From assembly GCA_963663965.2 (NCBI GenBank), contig CAXXFK010000035.1:11468-75467 (forward strand): a stretch of 64,000 nucleotides of DNA. Direction: 5' to 3'. Below, one piece after another: positions 27,983 through 38,683 of the stretch (position 1 is its first letter; each line of letters starts with the position of its first letter). This DNA is from Sedimentisphaerales bacterium (GTDB lineage: Bacteria > Planctomycetota > Phycisphaerae > Sedimentisphaerales > SM23-30). Position numbers and translations under genes: made by a program. The notes under the pieces were generated by a model. That model ran no database searches and had not been told where the DNA came from. It worked only from the letters and a program-made list of their open reading frames with translations.

Positions 27983-30910
27983 TCAGTTAGAGGCATCCAA
28001 TAACCAATCAACAGCGATAATGGCAACATCGTTAAGATTTACCATACAGTCGCGATTAATGTCCTCAATATTGGTCAGGTTTTCTGGTAAACACAACTTG
28101 ACGGTGGTATCGTTCTTTTTCAGGTAGAAGTTGCCAAACTCCCAGGTAAATTCATTGTCACCAACCCAGATGTCATAATGGTCAACATTCGGGCAGTTAT
28201 CGACGATATCCCACTCATAGTTAAACCATTTGTTGTTATTGGAATCCATACCCCAAATGGTTTTCTCGGTTAAGGTGTTACCGTTTACATCCTTAGCTCG
28301 CAACTGGAAATTGCCATTAGTGTTTCTACCATAAGCCCAGAAGCCCATCTTATCAAAGTCGTTGAAGTTTATTACACCTTGAACGTAATTGACTCCGATA
28401 AGCCCCTGTTGACCTGAAGTACCTTTGCATGTCCATAGCAATGTCTGGCTCGGAGGCGTGTAGTTCCCGGTACCCGGGGTTGGATCGGTCTTAATAGTGA
28501 GAGTACTTGCAGACCAGTCGTCGCCTACTGCATAGCGGTCATAATTGGTAATATTAGGATCACCGCCTGTAACATCCCAGGCATCCTGATCGATGACCAG
28601 ATATTCATCCGGTGGGGTCGCGGAAGTATCATCGAGCCATTTACCGGCGATCATTCCCAGATCGTCACCGTTTAATTTCAGGTCACCATTCAGATCTGTC
28701 GTCAGATCACGCACGGTAAAGAGCCAAGTAGCACTTTCAACATCACCTTTTGGCAAAGTCGCGGTTACTCTCCAAGCGTACTGAGTATTCAGATCGAGTT
28801 TGTGGCCTAATTTTGCCACGACATCAAAGCTTCTAACATCACCCGCGAGTGGGAAGCTCTGAGCGTCCGAGAGGTCCGACATCTTACCAATTTCCAGCGT
28901 TTGAGACGTTGTGTCGCCAGAACCGGTCCACTCAAGAACGACATCCCAAGCTACCTCGGTCGTGCCGCTGGAAGGAACCGGAAGGATCGGAGCGCCGCCG
29001 GCGCCATTCACAAATTCAGTGATTACCTCGTCAAGACTAATGGCTTTGTTATACAGCTTGATATCATCAACTTTTCCATTGAAAGGCTGTGAACCTTCCA
29101 AGGCATTGCCGACGCAGAAGTAAGTTTTGAGTGGATTCATATGAATACTATACGTATTGGCAAGAGCGCCATCCACATACCAGTAAGCGATACCGGCATT
29201 ACTGTCATATACCAAAGCATGAAAATGCCAGAATTCTCTAAGGAAACTGTCATCATTTGGAGTCGCTTTATATTGATCCCAATTGATGCCCCAGACATAG
29301 CGTTTGCCGTTGTAGCGTCCCATCTCAAATATCTCATAACCGGTAGGATCCCCATTAGCAATGATGGTTTCCCAAGCTCCAGGACTTTCCGCATAGCTGT
29401 ATTCCCAGAACGTGAAACTAAAGGTTCCGCCGGAGGGGATATCGGCAGTCGAAATCTTGATTGGATCCTGGGCGAAATCACCAGCGAAGTCCGCCGACTG
29501 GGCGCCAATGTACCCTTCAGCAAAATGAGGAGTTCCTCTAATACCATCGTTGTCACCTATCGTATCAACGAGGTCTCCATCCAATGGCCAGTAGCTAATC
29601 AGTCCGCCAGTTGTAAAGGAACTAACAGGTCCTTCTGATACTACGGCACCAGCATGTTTACTGACAATCTTTATCTGATAGGTCGTATTATCGTTCAATT
29701 GTGGCGCCAGCCATTGATTATCACTAACCGACGCGATCGGGGCTCCAGGGATCGTTTCGCCAAAATAAATATCGTAACTATCGATGTAGGTAGATCCCGC
29801 TGAATCGCCATCCCAGGTAATAACCAAGCCATCCGTGGCAACCCTGATCGCGCCATCGGCCGGCCAAACGCCGGTAATGTTACCACCGGTGTAGAATGAC
29901 AGAACCTCACCCGGTTGGACACCATCATCATCATTGATATCCACACGCCAGAAATAGGTCTGGTTAGGATCCAGGGGAGATGACGGCGTATAGCTCGGGT
30001 CAGAAACGGTAGCCAGCTTACTCAGGCTATTCATTTCGGTGCCTAAATAGACATCATAGGTGACGGTTCCAGTAGTATACAGGGAATCCCAGGTAAAGGA
30101 AATGTCCTGGCCCTGACGCTTTGCCTTATTGGCGGGAGATTGACGAAGAACCATGGGGACGAGAGGATCACTGGTATATGTGGTGGTTAAACCGTATTTA
30201 TCAGCCAGATATTTACCAACCGCATTATCTTCAATTGGAGTCAACGGACGATTAAAAATTAACAGCTCCGCCAGCAAACCATTCCACTGCCGGCCTTTTT
30301 GTGTCCGGTCACAGGAGAACGTTGAGGCGGTCACGCCTTCTGTCGTGACCAGGCTCACAACAGAAAGGTATGTCGGCGGCTTGGTAGTCACACCATCGAT
30401 TTTGGCACCGTTAATCCGAGTGGTACCGTTGATAATCCCCCTATGAGTCCAGCCATTCTGGGTATTCCACATCTCGCCATTTCTACCGTCTCCAGGAATA
30501 TTTCGGTGGAAATGGTAGGCGCTAGTATCTCCCAGCATAAACCCAGTCTGATTCGCGCCGGGATTTTCTTTAATAACCCAATAGACCGTTCGGATATCAG
30601 TCCTTCTGGCAAATTTGATATAACTGCCAATGACATTATCAGCACCATCGAAATTAACTGCCGGCATCCCATTACTAACATTAGCGACAAAGTTCGGGTC
30701 AGTCATATTCGGATCCGCTGATCGCACGACAACGCCGTCGCTGCCAACCGTCGCGGGCCAACTGGCAATTGTTGCCCCATTTGCCACGCCGGTAATGGCG
30801 TCGGCCTCAAGATGCAATACTAAAGAATCGGTTACCGGTGAAGCGGCAAAGGCCACCCCAACTGACATAAAAAGAGATACAATCCATAGCAACACACTAG
30901 ACCTTTTCAT
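27983..30910 (-). CDS. Secreted LamG/concanavalin-A-like multidomain protein with dockerin-like repeats
   Basis: Signal peptide, two LamG-like domains (LVLHLEAD...AELLIFNR; ISYWPLDG...FNGKVDDIKLYN), YFWRVD repeats, DLNGD and DINRDCMVNLND EF-hand motifs. Confidence 0.85.
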   Translation of the reverse strand: MKRSSVLLWIVSLFMSVGVAFAASPVTDSLVLHLEADAITGVANGATIASWPATVGSDGVVVRSADPNMTDPNFVANVSNGMPAVNFDGADNVIGSYIKFARRTDIRTVYWVIKENPGANQTGFMLGDTSAYHFHRNIPGDGRNGEMWNTQNGWTHRGIINGTTRINGAKIDGVTTKPPTYLSVVSLVTTEGVTASTFSCDRTQKGRQWNGLLAELLIFNRPLTPIEDNAVGKYLADKYGLTTTYTSDPLVPMVLRQSPANKAKRQGQDISFTWDSLYTTGTVTYDVYLGTEMNSLSKLATVSDPSYTPSSPLDPNQTYFWRVDINDDDGVQPGEVLSFYTGGNITGVWPADGAIRVATDGLVITWDGDSAGSTYIDSYDIYFGETIPGAPIASVSDNQWLAPQLNDNTTYQIKIVSKHAGAVVSEGPVSSFTTGGLISYWPLDGDLVDTIGDNDGIRGTPHFAEGYIGAQSADFAGDFAQDPIKISTADIPSGGTFSFTFWEYSYAESPGAWETIIANGDPTGYEIFEMGRYNGKRYVWGINWDQYKATPNDDSFLREFWHFHALVYDSNAGIAYWYVDGALANTYSIHMNPLKTYFCVGNALEGSQPFNGKVDDIKLYNKAISLDEVITEFVNGAGGAPILPVPSSGTTEVAWDVVLEWTGSGDTTSQTLEIGKMSDLSDAQSFPLAGDVRSFDVVAKLGHKLDLNTQYAWRVTATLPKGDVESATWLFTVRDLTTDLNGDLKLNGDDLGMIAGKWLDDTSATPPDEYLVIDQDAWDVTGGDPNITNYDRYAVGDDWSASTLTIKTDPTPGTGNYTPPSQTLLWTCKGTSGQQGLIGVNYVQGVINFNDFDKMGFWAYGRNTNGNFQLRAKDVNGNTLTEKTIWGMDSNNNKWFNYEWDIVDNCPNVDHYDIWVGDNEFTWEFGNFYLKKNDTTVKLCLPENLTNIEDINRDCMVNLNDVAIIAVDWLLDASN

Positions 30911-32083
30911 AACTTATTCTCCTGATAAAAACAAAAATTAGTAAAAACCTACATCAGGTTTTAATCTATTCACATAATACGTACTATTAAAATCAACCAA
31001 TTCAACTTGATGTTGTTTTTTCGATCCCAAACCTCGAAAACAACCACAGTTTAAATGAATTCGTCAAATCGATATCTCTTTGTTTTTTGACGGGAAAATT
31101 ACTTGACCTTGAAAGTTTCTATTAGAAAGTTCTCCAAATTAACGTTAAACCAGGATTATACCTGATAGTTACTTAGAGCTTTGGCCGACAGCAACATTTT
31201 CCGCTCAGCCTCGCAATGTTTAATGAAACTTCTTATATATACTAGTGTAAAGCATGGATTTGAGATGTCCACAAAAAAAACAAAAACATTTAAACTGCCA
31301 GAGAGTTCGATCAGAGAATCAATCTTAACTACAAATACGTCACACCTGACAACGAGAAACCGGTTTAACCTGTTAAATTGACGATATTAACGTGCATAAA
31401 AACACAAGGGAACCGGGAGGCAGATTCTTTTATTGCCAGCGTAAAACAACAAGTATTAACCGATTTGACTCTCATATGCCAGTTATGACATATTCCAGGT
31501 TGATATTTTGCTATTAATCAAGAAATTCCTTTGGTTTTCATCAAATTGCTCATTGCGTTTGTCAATTTGAATGAAATTCTGCAAAATAATTGCCAATTTT
31601 TTAATGAAGGAAAGAAATTTCCAAGTCTAAGGATAAAATAACCTATTTTATACAAACTGGAATATACTCGTTTCATTTATATCGGGATCAAACCGGATTA
31701 GACTTTTTCCCATCATTGAATTAGACAGCCTATTTTGTTTATTAATCGCTCTCGGGCTTATATCTAAGAATAATCCAGGCACGTGAAAGTGATAAAAAAA
31801 TGCTGAATTGATCTAATCAAAATCACGATCCTATGTTACAGCAGCTATGATCGAATTAATCTGAGTTATGATATTCGTAGCATTCAGCTAAATTAAACGA
31901 TCAATTGGATTTAATTATCAAAAGTTCCCCCAACAGTAAAATTAAAGTCGAACATGGACCGTAGCGCAATTTTTCCGCCATAAATTAATGACAAAGAATT
32001 TAGTTGCGACAGTTTAAGTCCTTGATATTCTTAATATAAGCAAGCTATTTAATGAGAAATCCATTGCAAAAAGGAAACATGCT

Positions 32084-33154
32084 ATGGCAACAGAATCATC
32101 CGGGGAATATCCTCTGGCCGACGAACCCCAGTATACCCGATATGCCGGAAATAACTCGAATCCTGCACCGCAGGCCATCCCAGTGTATATGCCTACTCAA
32201 CAACAACCTCCCAAAAAGCGGTGGTCATTAATCCGATTTCTGTTCCGAACCGCCATTACCCTGATTTTTCTGATTTCAATCGGCGCGAACATCTATTTTG
32301 CAAGTCTTTTTACGGACGGAATTTACGCCGATACTTATCATATGGGCGCCGACATGAAACATCAATTGGCTCTGATTGAGTTGAATGATACCATCGATAT
32401 GAATACGGCAGAATATTTCCGCAAAGCATTACAAAAGGCTCATGATGATGAGAGCATTAAAGGAATTATTCTGGTCATCAACAGTCCGGGCGGCGAAGTG
32501 ACTCCTTCGGATATGATTACGGAAAATATCCTCCGGGTCAAAGAGCATGCCAATAAACCGGTCTACGCCGTCATCGAACAAGTCGGCGCCAGCGGGGCTT
32601 ATTGGGTCGCTTCGGCGGCGGATACCATCTACGGCCAGCAACACAGCGTCATAGGAAGCATTGGCGTTATTTATGTGAATATGGTTCTGGAAGAGGCTTT
32701 AAGGAACAAGTTGGGAGTCGATCCAGTGGTCATCAAATCGTCCCGATCGCCCCATAAAGACCAGGGTTCTCCATTCAGGAAACCCAGCGAAGAAGAAATT
32801 CTGGATATCCAAGCGGATCTTGACACCATCCACCGGGATTTCGTTGAGACCGTTATGCAAAATCGAAACCTGACTTCCGACCAAGTCTGGGAACTGGCCA
32901 ATGGCGATGTATTTGACGGCCCGGAATCACTGGCCCATCACTTGATCGATAAACTTGGGGTATTGCAGGATGCCATTTCAGAGATGAGTGATGACCTGGG
33001 GTTGGCTGATCCAACCATTATTATCTATCGCCAACATACCTCATTCCAGGAAATGCTGGCCGCCCGACGCCAAACAGAATTGTTCAATCTGCAACACCAA
33101 TTTGACGCGCTGATTCGCAAACCCCGTATACAGGCAATCTGGCTGGGCCACTAA
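32084..33154 (+). CDS. sppA: Signal peptide peptidase SppA (S49)
   Basis: INSPGG, GASGAYWVA, IGSIGV motifs; N-terminal TM. Confidence 0.9.
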   Translation: MATESSGEYPLADEPQYTRYAGNNSNPAPQAIPVYMPTQQQPPKKRWSLIRFLFRTAITLIFLISIGANIYFASLFTDGIYADTYHMGADMKHQLALIELNDTIDMNTAEYFRKALQKAHDDESIKGIILVINSPGGEVTPSDMITENILRVKEHANKPVYAVIEQVGASGAYWVASAADTIYGQQHSVIGSIGVIYVNMVLEEALRNKLGVDPVVIKSSRSPHKDQGSPFRKPSEEEILDIQADLDTIHRDFVETVMQNRNLTSDQVWELANGDVFDGPESLAHHLIDKLGVLQDAISEMSDDLGLADPTIIIYRQHTSFQEMLAARRQTELFNLQHQFDALIRKPRIQAIWLGH

Positions 33155-33167
33155 CAGATCCACAGGC

Positions 33168-33270
33168 ATCCCCATCGGGTATGAAAAGATCCGATCGCTC
33201 GTAAGCCAAGTTTCAATTCGTAAAAGACTAGTTTTACGGCCAGGCGAGCCTTGTCAATTGCTAACGGCAT
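33168..33270. repeat. 103-bp palindromic repeat, family B copy 1
   Basis: Aligns with 55591-55693 and 57540-57642 (core CCGATCGCTCG.AAG..AAGTTT). Confidence 0.8.
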
Positions 33271-33276
33271 ATAAAG

Positions 33277-34176
33277 ATGAACGGATTCATAGAGATTCTT
33301 GGAATTCTGGCTCTCATCGCGGCGGGCATGGCCAGCGGGAAGTATTTTTCCGGTCTGAAATCGCCCTGGTGGTTAACCGGTTATTTACTTCCAATGTGTC
33401 TGGTTCTGATGGTTGCGATCAGCCGCTTTAATCCGTCTCTGTCATTTCGGGAACCGTTTGTCATGATCACCCGCGGCCGAACCGAGTTTGTGCTGATGGC
33501 AGCGGCAATCACCATGATGTTCATGACCCTGTTGCCACGCCTGCATAACCGACGCACGCGCCGACTTCTGTTAGGCTTCATGGCGCTGACCACGCCCTAT
33601 TTTTCCCTGACCCCATTTCTGGGCCCCCTGCTGGTCCGGCATGAACTCAACCATCTGGAGATGAACATGTTTCCGGGCGGCATTTGTGTCCAATCCACCA
33701 ATTATACCTGCGGCCCGGCCGCGATGGTATCCGCCCTGTGGCAACTGGGCATCAAAGCGGAAGAAGGCGATCTGGCCATTCGAGCGTATACGAATCCGTT
33801 CTCCGGAACCCCGGAAGACCTGTTGCTGGAAGCAACCCTGCAATGTTATGGTGACCTGGGGGTGGAATGTGAATATCGCCAGTTCCGATCGATGGACGAA
33901 TTACGCCAGGCAGGATTAACCGTAGCGCTCGTGCGATTCCGTTTTATGATCGATCATTATGTCACGGTGTTCGAGGTGAATGAAGACAGCGTCGTGCTGG
34001 CCGATCCCGCAGAAGGCAGTCAGCGTATCAGTGTGGAGCAGTTCGAACGCACCTGGAAAAGAACCGGGATTATCCTTCGCCGACGCGACTTCCATTATCA
34101 AAATCCTACCTTCTTCCAAACCGAAACAACCGACCCTGACGAGGCGAATCCGCCTTCGTTTATTTCTTCTTTTTAG
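33277..34176 (+). CDS. Membrane-anchored C39-family cysteine peptidase
   Basis: N-terminal TMs; QSTNYTCGPAA, HYVTV, LADPAEG, F...W motif. Confidence 0.85.
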   Translation: MNGFIEILGILALIAAGMASGKYFSGLKSPWWLTGYLLPMCLVLMVAISRFNPSLSFREPFVMITRGRTEFVLMAAAITMMFMTLLPRLHNRRTRRLLLGFMALTTPYFSLTPFLGPLLVRHELNHLEMNMFPGGICVQSTNYTCGPAAMVSALWQLGIKAEEGDLAIRAYTNPFSGTPEDLLLEATLQCYGDLGVECEYRQFRSMDELRQAGLTVALVRFRFMIDHYVTVFEVNEDSVVLADPAEGSQRISVEQFERTWKRTGIILRRRDFHYQNPTFFQTETTDPDEANPPSFISSF

Positions 34177-35584
34177 CCGGGGCTTTCAAACAGATCCGAT
34201 CAATTGTACTCTTATCATAAATCTGATAGAACTGGCAACCCACCACATACCATTGGCTGATATTTTTTTCGCACCAGACCACGCGCGCCAGGGCGTTCCA
34301 GTCTTTCCCAGGCCCATCAAATCCTTCGAGCGTCAAACAGACATTGGTATCTTTCAGAAATGACCGGCCACTGAGAAAGCCAAATCCAGACCGGGAAATA
34401 TTACTCATCATAAATTGCTCGGATTTACCCAGTTTGACTTTGCCCTCTTCCCGGGTAACCTCGCGAACCAACACACTGGTCCGCATATAATGGCGTTTGT
34501 GGCGACGGGGCGTATCGAATTTGTCCTCCCATTCGGTATCGGCGACTTCCTGCAGCCGTTTAACCAGAGAGGTAGTCAGGCTGTTTTGACAAATGATTCC
34601 AATTAAAGCCCTGGCAGCCGGCGCATGGTATTTGTCATAAGAATGATCATTAATATAGGACAAAACAATTTCCAGCGGTTCGTTTTCCTGACGATAACTG
34701 CGCTGGGATGTCATGGCGTCAAATACATCGGCCACCGAGATAATCATACCCAAATCCGACAGATCTTTAGCCGTCAATCCCCGCGGATAGCCTTTGCCAT
34801 CAAGGGTTTCGTGATGTTCCAGGATCAAACGGACAATGGCCGGGTCCAGATCCTGGATCTCTTTGATCATCTCGGCGCCCAACATGACGTGTTTTTGAAC
34901 CAGCGCCTTTTGCTCGTCGGTCAGTTTATCCGTAGAATGTAATATCCCGGGAGGGATTCTGGCCTTGCCCAGGTCGTGAAACAGCGAACCAACAGCCAGA
35001 GCCATCCAGTCTTCCTTCAGCAATTTTAACCGGATGGCAATCGCGATACTATAAAAACAGACATTGGCGCTATGGCAACCCACGGAATCTTCGTGGTCCA
35101 TAATATTCACAATCTGTTTGAAGGCATGTTCTTCGATAACAAAAAATTCCACAACCGCTTCGGCAACCTTACGAACCTGCTGGTAGAGTTCCGACATGGA
35201 AAACTGTCCAGTGGAGGTATATTCAAAGAAATTTTCAGCCAGTACCGACGCGGTTTCATAAAGAAATTGAGCACGGATATTAACGGGCAACGAAATATTC
35301 GTAACAATTTTAGTTAAGGTGTCCTGCACGACACGGTAATAATTAACCGCCTTACTCTTTTCGATATAAAGGCATTCAATGCCCTCGTGTAATAAGCGGT
35401 TTTTGTCTTCATTGGTGAATTCGGTGGCACTGTTGCAATAAAGGGTGAAATTGCCCTGATTATCGATATAGCATTCCAGTCCTTGCAGCCCCTCTAGAGG
35501 GACACAACGTAAGGACACCGGAATGTATCCATCCCGCTTGGTGTATTTGGCAACCTGAATTTCATCAATGACTTGATCGGTCAT
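34160..35584 (-). CDS. HD-GYP phosphodiesterase with C-terminal PilZ domain
   Basis: FHDLGK, HHETLDGKGYP, VADVFDAMTS; PilZ RRHKR and NISRSG. Confidence 0.9.
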   Translation of the reverse strand: MTDQVIDEIQVAKYTKRDGYIPVSLRCVPLEGLQGLECYIDNQGNFTLYCNSATEFTNEDKNRLLHEGIECLYIEKSKAVNYYRVVQDTLTKIVTNISLPVNIRAQFLYETASVLAENFFEYTSTGQFSMSELYQQVRKVAEAVVEFFVIEEHAFKQIVNIMDHEDSVGCHSANVCFYSIAIAIRLKLLKEDWMALAVGSLFHDLGKARIPPGILHSTDKLTDEQKALVQKHVMLGAEMIKEIQDLDPAIVRLILEHHETLDGKGYPRGLTAKDLSDLGMIISVADVFDAMTSQRSYRQENEPLEIVLSYINDHSYDKYHAPAARALIGIICQNSLTTSLVKRLQEVADTEWEDKFDTPRRHKRHYMRTSVLVREVTREEGKVKLGKSEQFMMSNISRSGFGFLSGRSFLKDTNVCLTLEGFDGPGKDWNALARVVWCEKNISQWYVVGCQFYQIYDKSTIDRICLKAPAKKKK

Positions 35585-35895
35585 GTGTTTAAATTACCTA
35601 TTGTCTCTAACCATCTCTCAAACCGTAATGTTCAATAAATTGATCGCGTATTACCGTGATCGACTGGTATTCATACTATCTTAAATGGAATCTGGTACGA
35701 CCAAAAATTGGGAGTCAGACTAAGTATTCAAACCAGCTAAAAACACCAAAAAAGCTTTTAGCAACGCAATTTTATTATACAAAATTGGTCTAAAAAACAA
35801 ATTTCAATGCTTAATATAAACTCAACTTAGAAAAGCTTGAAACCAACAGATTTCATATAAATTTATAACTTTTTTGGAATGTCCGATAATAACAA

Positions 35896-36954
35896 TCATT
35901 TTGCCATAAACTTATAAACTGTTGTCGACGAAAAGGTATCGCCGGGATTGAGAATCGTTGAAGGGAAATCGGGGCGGTTGGGTGAATCGGGGAAGTGTTG
36001 GGTTTCAAGACAGAAGCCGTTTCTTATCCGGTAGACTTTTGCGGCTTTACCGGTAATTGTGCCATCCAGATAATTGCCAGTATAGAGTTGCACCCCGGGT
36101 TCGGTCGTATAGACTTCCATGATGCGTCCACTTGAAGTTTCTTCAGCCCGTGCGGCCAGCGATAATTCGTCAGACGTTTTGTTAAGAATAAAACAGTGAT
36201 CATATCCCTTCCCAAAAGCGAGCTGCTGATGATCGGCTTCGATGTCACGACCTATCGGTTTCGATTGTCGAAAGTCAAACGGGGTTCCCGCAACTGACGC
36301 GGGTTCAGCCAATGGAATGGCTGTTTCATCGGTGGGCAGAAATTGATCGGCGTTGATGGCGAGCAGATGACTTAAAATATCACCATTACCCTGCCCGGCC
36401 AGATTGAAATAGCTGTGATTCGTTAAATTAATAATCGTCGTCTTATCGGTTTCCGCCTGGTAAGTAATTTTCAGCTCGTTCGTATTCGTCAAGGTATAAG
36501 TGACCGATACCGACAACGTGCCGGGATAGTTTTCTTCACCATCCGGACTGACATATGAAAAGATCACATTATTGTCGGTTTTGGTTTCATGAATCACAGC
36601 GGTCCAGATAACTTTGTCAAACCCTCTTAAGCCACCATGCAGATGGTTGGGCCCGTTATTCGTCGCCAATTGATATTCGACATCGTTGAGGCGAAATCGT
36701 CCCCGGGCGATCCGGTTGCCGTGCCGACCAATAGTCGCGCCCAGATAGGGCTCGTTTCTGAGCCAGCCATCCAAAGAGTCATAACCCAATACGATGTCGG
36801 CGACAGCGCCGTGGCGATCCGGCGTTTCAAGTGAAATCAGAATAGCGCCATAATTAATAACCCGGGCACAAACGCCACTGGGATTGCTCATGGTAAAAAC
36901 AGTAATATCCTGACCATCGGGCATCTGTCCGTATCGTGCTTTTGTTATCGCCAT
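35896..36954 (-). CDS. galM: Aldose 1-epimerase (galactose mutarotase)
   Basis: GATIGRHGNRI, NHLHGG, NLTNHSYFNL, GYDHCF, FCLETQHFPDSPN. Confidence 0.96.
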   Translation of the reverse strand: MAITKARYGQMPDGQDITVFTMSNPSGVCARVINYGAILISLETPDRHGAVADIVLGYDSLDGWLRNEPYLGATIGRHGNRIARGRFRLNDVEYQLATNNGPNHLHGGLRGFDKVIWTAVIHETKTDNNVIFSYVSPDGEENYPGTLSVSVTYTLTNTNELKITYQAETDKTTIINLTNHSYFNLAGQGNGDILSHLLAINADQFLPTDETAIPLAEPASVAGTPFDFRQSKPIGRDIEADHQQLAFGKGYDHCFILNKTSDELSLAARAEETSSGRIMEVYTTEPGVQLYTGNYLDGTITGKAAKVYRIRNGFCLETQHFPDSPNRPDFPSTILNPGDTFSSTTVYKFMAK

Positions 36955-37003
36955 AATAAGCTCCTATCATTTTAAACAGCCATCAATTTTGTAATACCAT
37001 TTC

Positions 37004-37032
37004 ACTATAAGGGTCTGCTGTCGTATTGTCAA
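37004..37032 (-). promoter_or_regulatory. sigma70 promoter for galM
   Basis: TTGACA-N17-TATAGT ~50 nt upstream of the ATG. Confidence 0.7.
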
Positions 37033-37091
37033 ATATTCAAAACGAAACACCCTCTTAATACAACCCAGCCTTCGCTCAGTTCACCTCAGAC

Positions 37092-37583
37092 TCAAGGATT
37101 GAGAATTACTTGAAGATATCGCCCGACCTGCCCGGGATCACTGCCATCAGGCGCCCAGGGCGCCTTATCAGCGTCATCCGGATTAAAAGGCCCGGCCGTG
37201 GTCTCATGAATTACGACATAGGGCGTTAGTGGAATAACCATGTGCCACCAGGCACAATTGATGCGGCAGTAAAAAGGTCGGCCGGAGCGGCATTCTCCCA
37301 GATATAAACGCTGGGTCACCTGACCGGCATTATCAAAAAAGATCACCAGCACTTCGCCTTCAATGATATGAAAGGATTCACTTTTTCGGTGATGCCGATG
37401 GGGATGGACGTAGGTATCCTTACGCATGGCGATGATCATTTCGTGAATGCTATCATCGGGATTGCGGTGCAGACAATAGCGAGCCCGCTTGAGCGGAGAG
37501 TCATCGGCAAGCTGCTTGATCCGGGCGAAGTCACTTTGGCCCAGTTGGATCAGGTCACAGTTTTCAAAATAAATCGCACTCAT
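37092..37583 (-). CDS. WbuC family cupin-fold metalloprotein
   Basis: SPLKRARYCLH, HEMII, HPHRH..KSESFHIIEG, WHMV, HETTAGPF, APWAP. Confidence 0.88.
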   Translation of the reverse strand: MSAIYFENCDLIQLGQSDFARIKQLADDSPLKRARYCLHRNPDDSIHEMIIAMRKDTYVHPHRHHRKSESFHIIEGEVLVIFFDNAGQVTQRLYLGECRSGRPFYCRINCAWWHMVIPLTPYVVIHETTAGPFNPDDADKAPWAPDGSDPGQVGRYLQVILNP

Positions 37584-38680
37584 TTCTTTCTTTCATAGAA
37601 GGATCGAATCGTTTCAACCACATATTCCATTTCCGCCTGAGTCAGTTTTTCGTGAGCGGGCAGGCACAAGATCCGTTCTTGCAGTTTTCGGGCATTTTCA
37701 AAGCGACCGTCAGTCCAATTTTGATAGGCCGGTTGTTCCGGCATCAGGATGGGATGTTGAATTTTGGTTTCAATGCCCTGCTGCTCGAGATAGTTTTTAA
37801 GCTGATCGCGGTGGTCGGCCTGGATGGTATAGGTATAAAAGACATCGTAACGATCATCCAGAGGCGGAACCGTTACCAAAGAACTCAAATGTCGATTGTA
37901 CCAGGCGGCAATTTCGCGCCGTCTTTCAATCAAGACTTGCAGGCGATCCAACCGTTTAAGCAGGACGGCGGCTTGAAGGGTGTCGAGACGGCCGTTCAAG
38001 GCGGGCAAAATACAGGTCTCTTTATTGACCGTGCCATTGTAACGCAGTATCTGAATACGGTCATAGAGTTCTTCATCATCGGTCACGATCATGCCGGCCT
38101 CGCCCACGGCGGCCAATACCTTCATGGGATTCATGCTGAAACAGGCGACATCCCCGAAAGCGCCGGCCGGTTTATCCTGATAACGGGCGCCAAAGGCCTG
38201 GGCGGCATCCTCTATCAGGAACAGATCATGGGCTTGCGCCACCTCAAGCAGCGGTTCCATATCGCAGATGCGTCCGGTATAATGAACCGGCATGATTCCG
38301 CGCGTGTTTTCGGTAATCAAGGCAGACAGACTGCCGGGATCCATATTCAGATCCGGGCCGATATCCGCAAAAACCGGGGTCGCGCCGGTCATGGCAATGG
38401 CATTGGCGGTGGCGATCCACGATAGCGGCGTGGTAATGACTTCGTGGCCGGGGCCGATTCCCAAAGCACGTAACGCAATGAATAGGGCATCAGTACCGGA
38501 ATTGACCCCAATGGCGAATTTGCGACCGGTATATTGGGCAATACGAGATTCCAGCGTTTCAACCTCAGGTCCGAGGACAATTCGGCCGTGGTCCAGGACC
38601 CGGGCCATGGCATCGAGGAGTTCCTGCTTCTCCTGAAGGTCGGTAATCTCCAGTTTCAAAAATCGTATTTTAGTTTGCAT
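37580..38680 (-). CDS. DegT/DnrJ/EryC1/StrS family sugar aminotransferase
   Basis: NSGTDAL, IEDAAQAFGA, FSMNPMKVL, NGRLDTLQAA. Confidence 0.93.
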   Translation of the reverse strand: MQTKIRFLKLEITDLQEKQELLDAMARVLDHGRIVLGPEVETLESRIAQYTGRKFAIGVNSGTDALFIALRALGIGPGHEVITTPLSWIATANAIAMTGATPVFADIGPDLNMDPGSLSALITENTRGIMPVHYTGRICDMEPLLEVAQAHDLFLIEDAAQAFGARYQDKPAGAFGDVACFSMNPMKVLAAVGEAGMIVTDDEELYDRIQILRYNGTVNKETCILPALNGRLDTLQAAVLLKRLDRLQVLIERRREIAAWYNRHLSSLVTVPPLDDRYDVFYTYTIQADHRDQLKNYLEQQGIETKIQHPILMPEQPAYQNWTDGRFENARKLQERILCLPAHEKLTQAEMEYVVETIRSFYERKK

Positions 38681-38683
38681 GGG

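Noticed and set aside
31181..31381. 66-aa ORF in the long intergenic region
   Set aside because: TTG start, no RBS, no recognisable features
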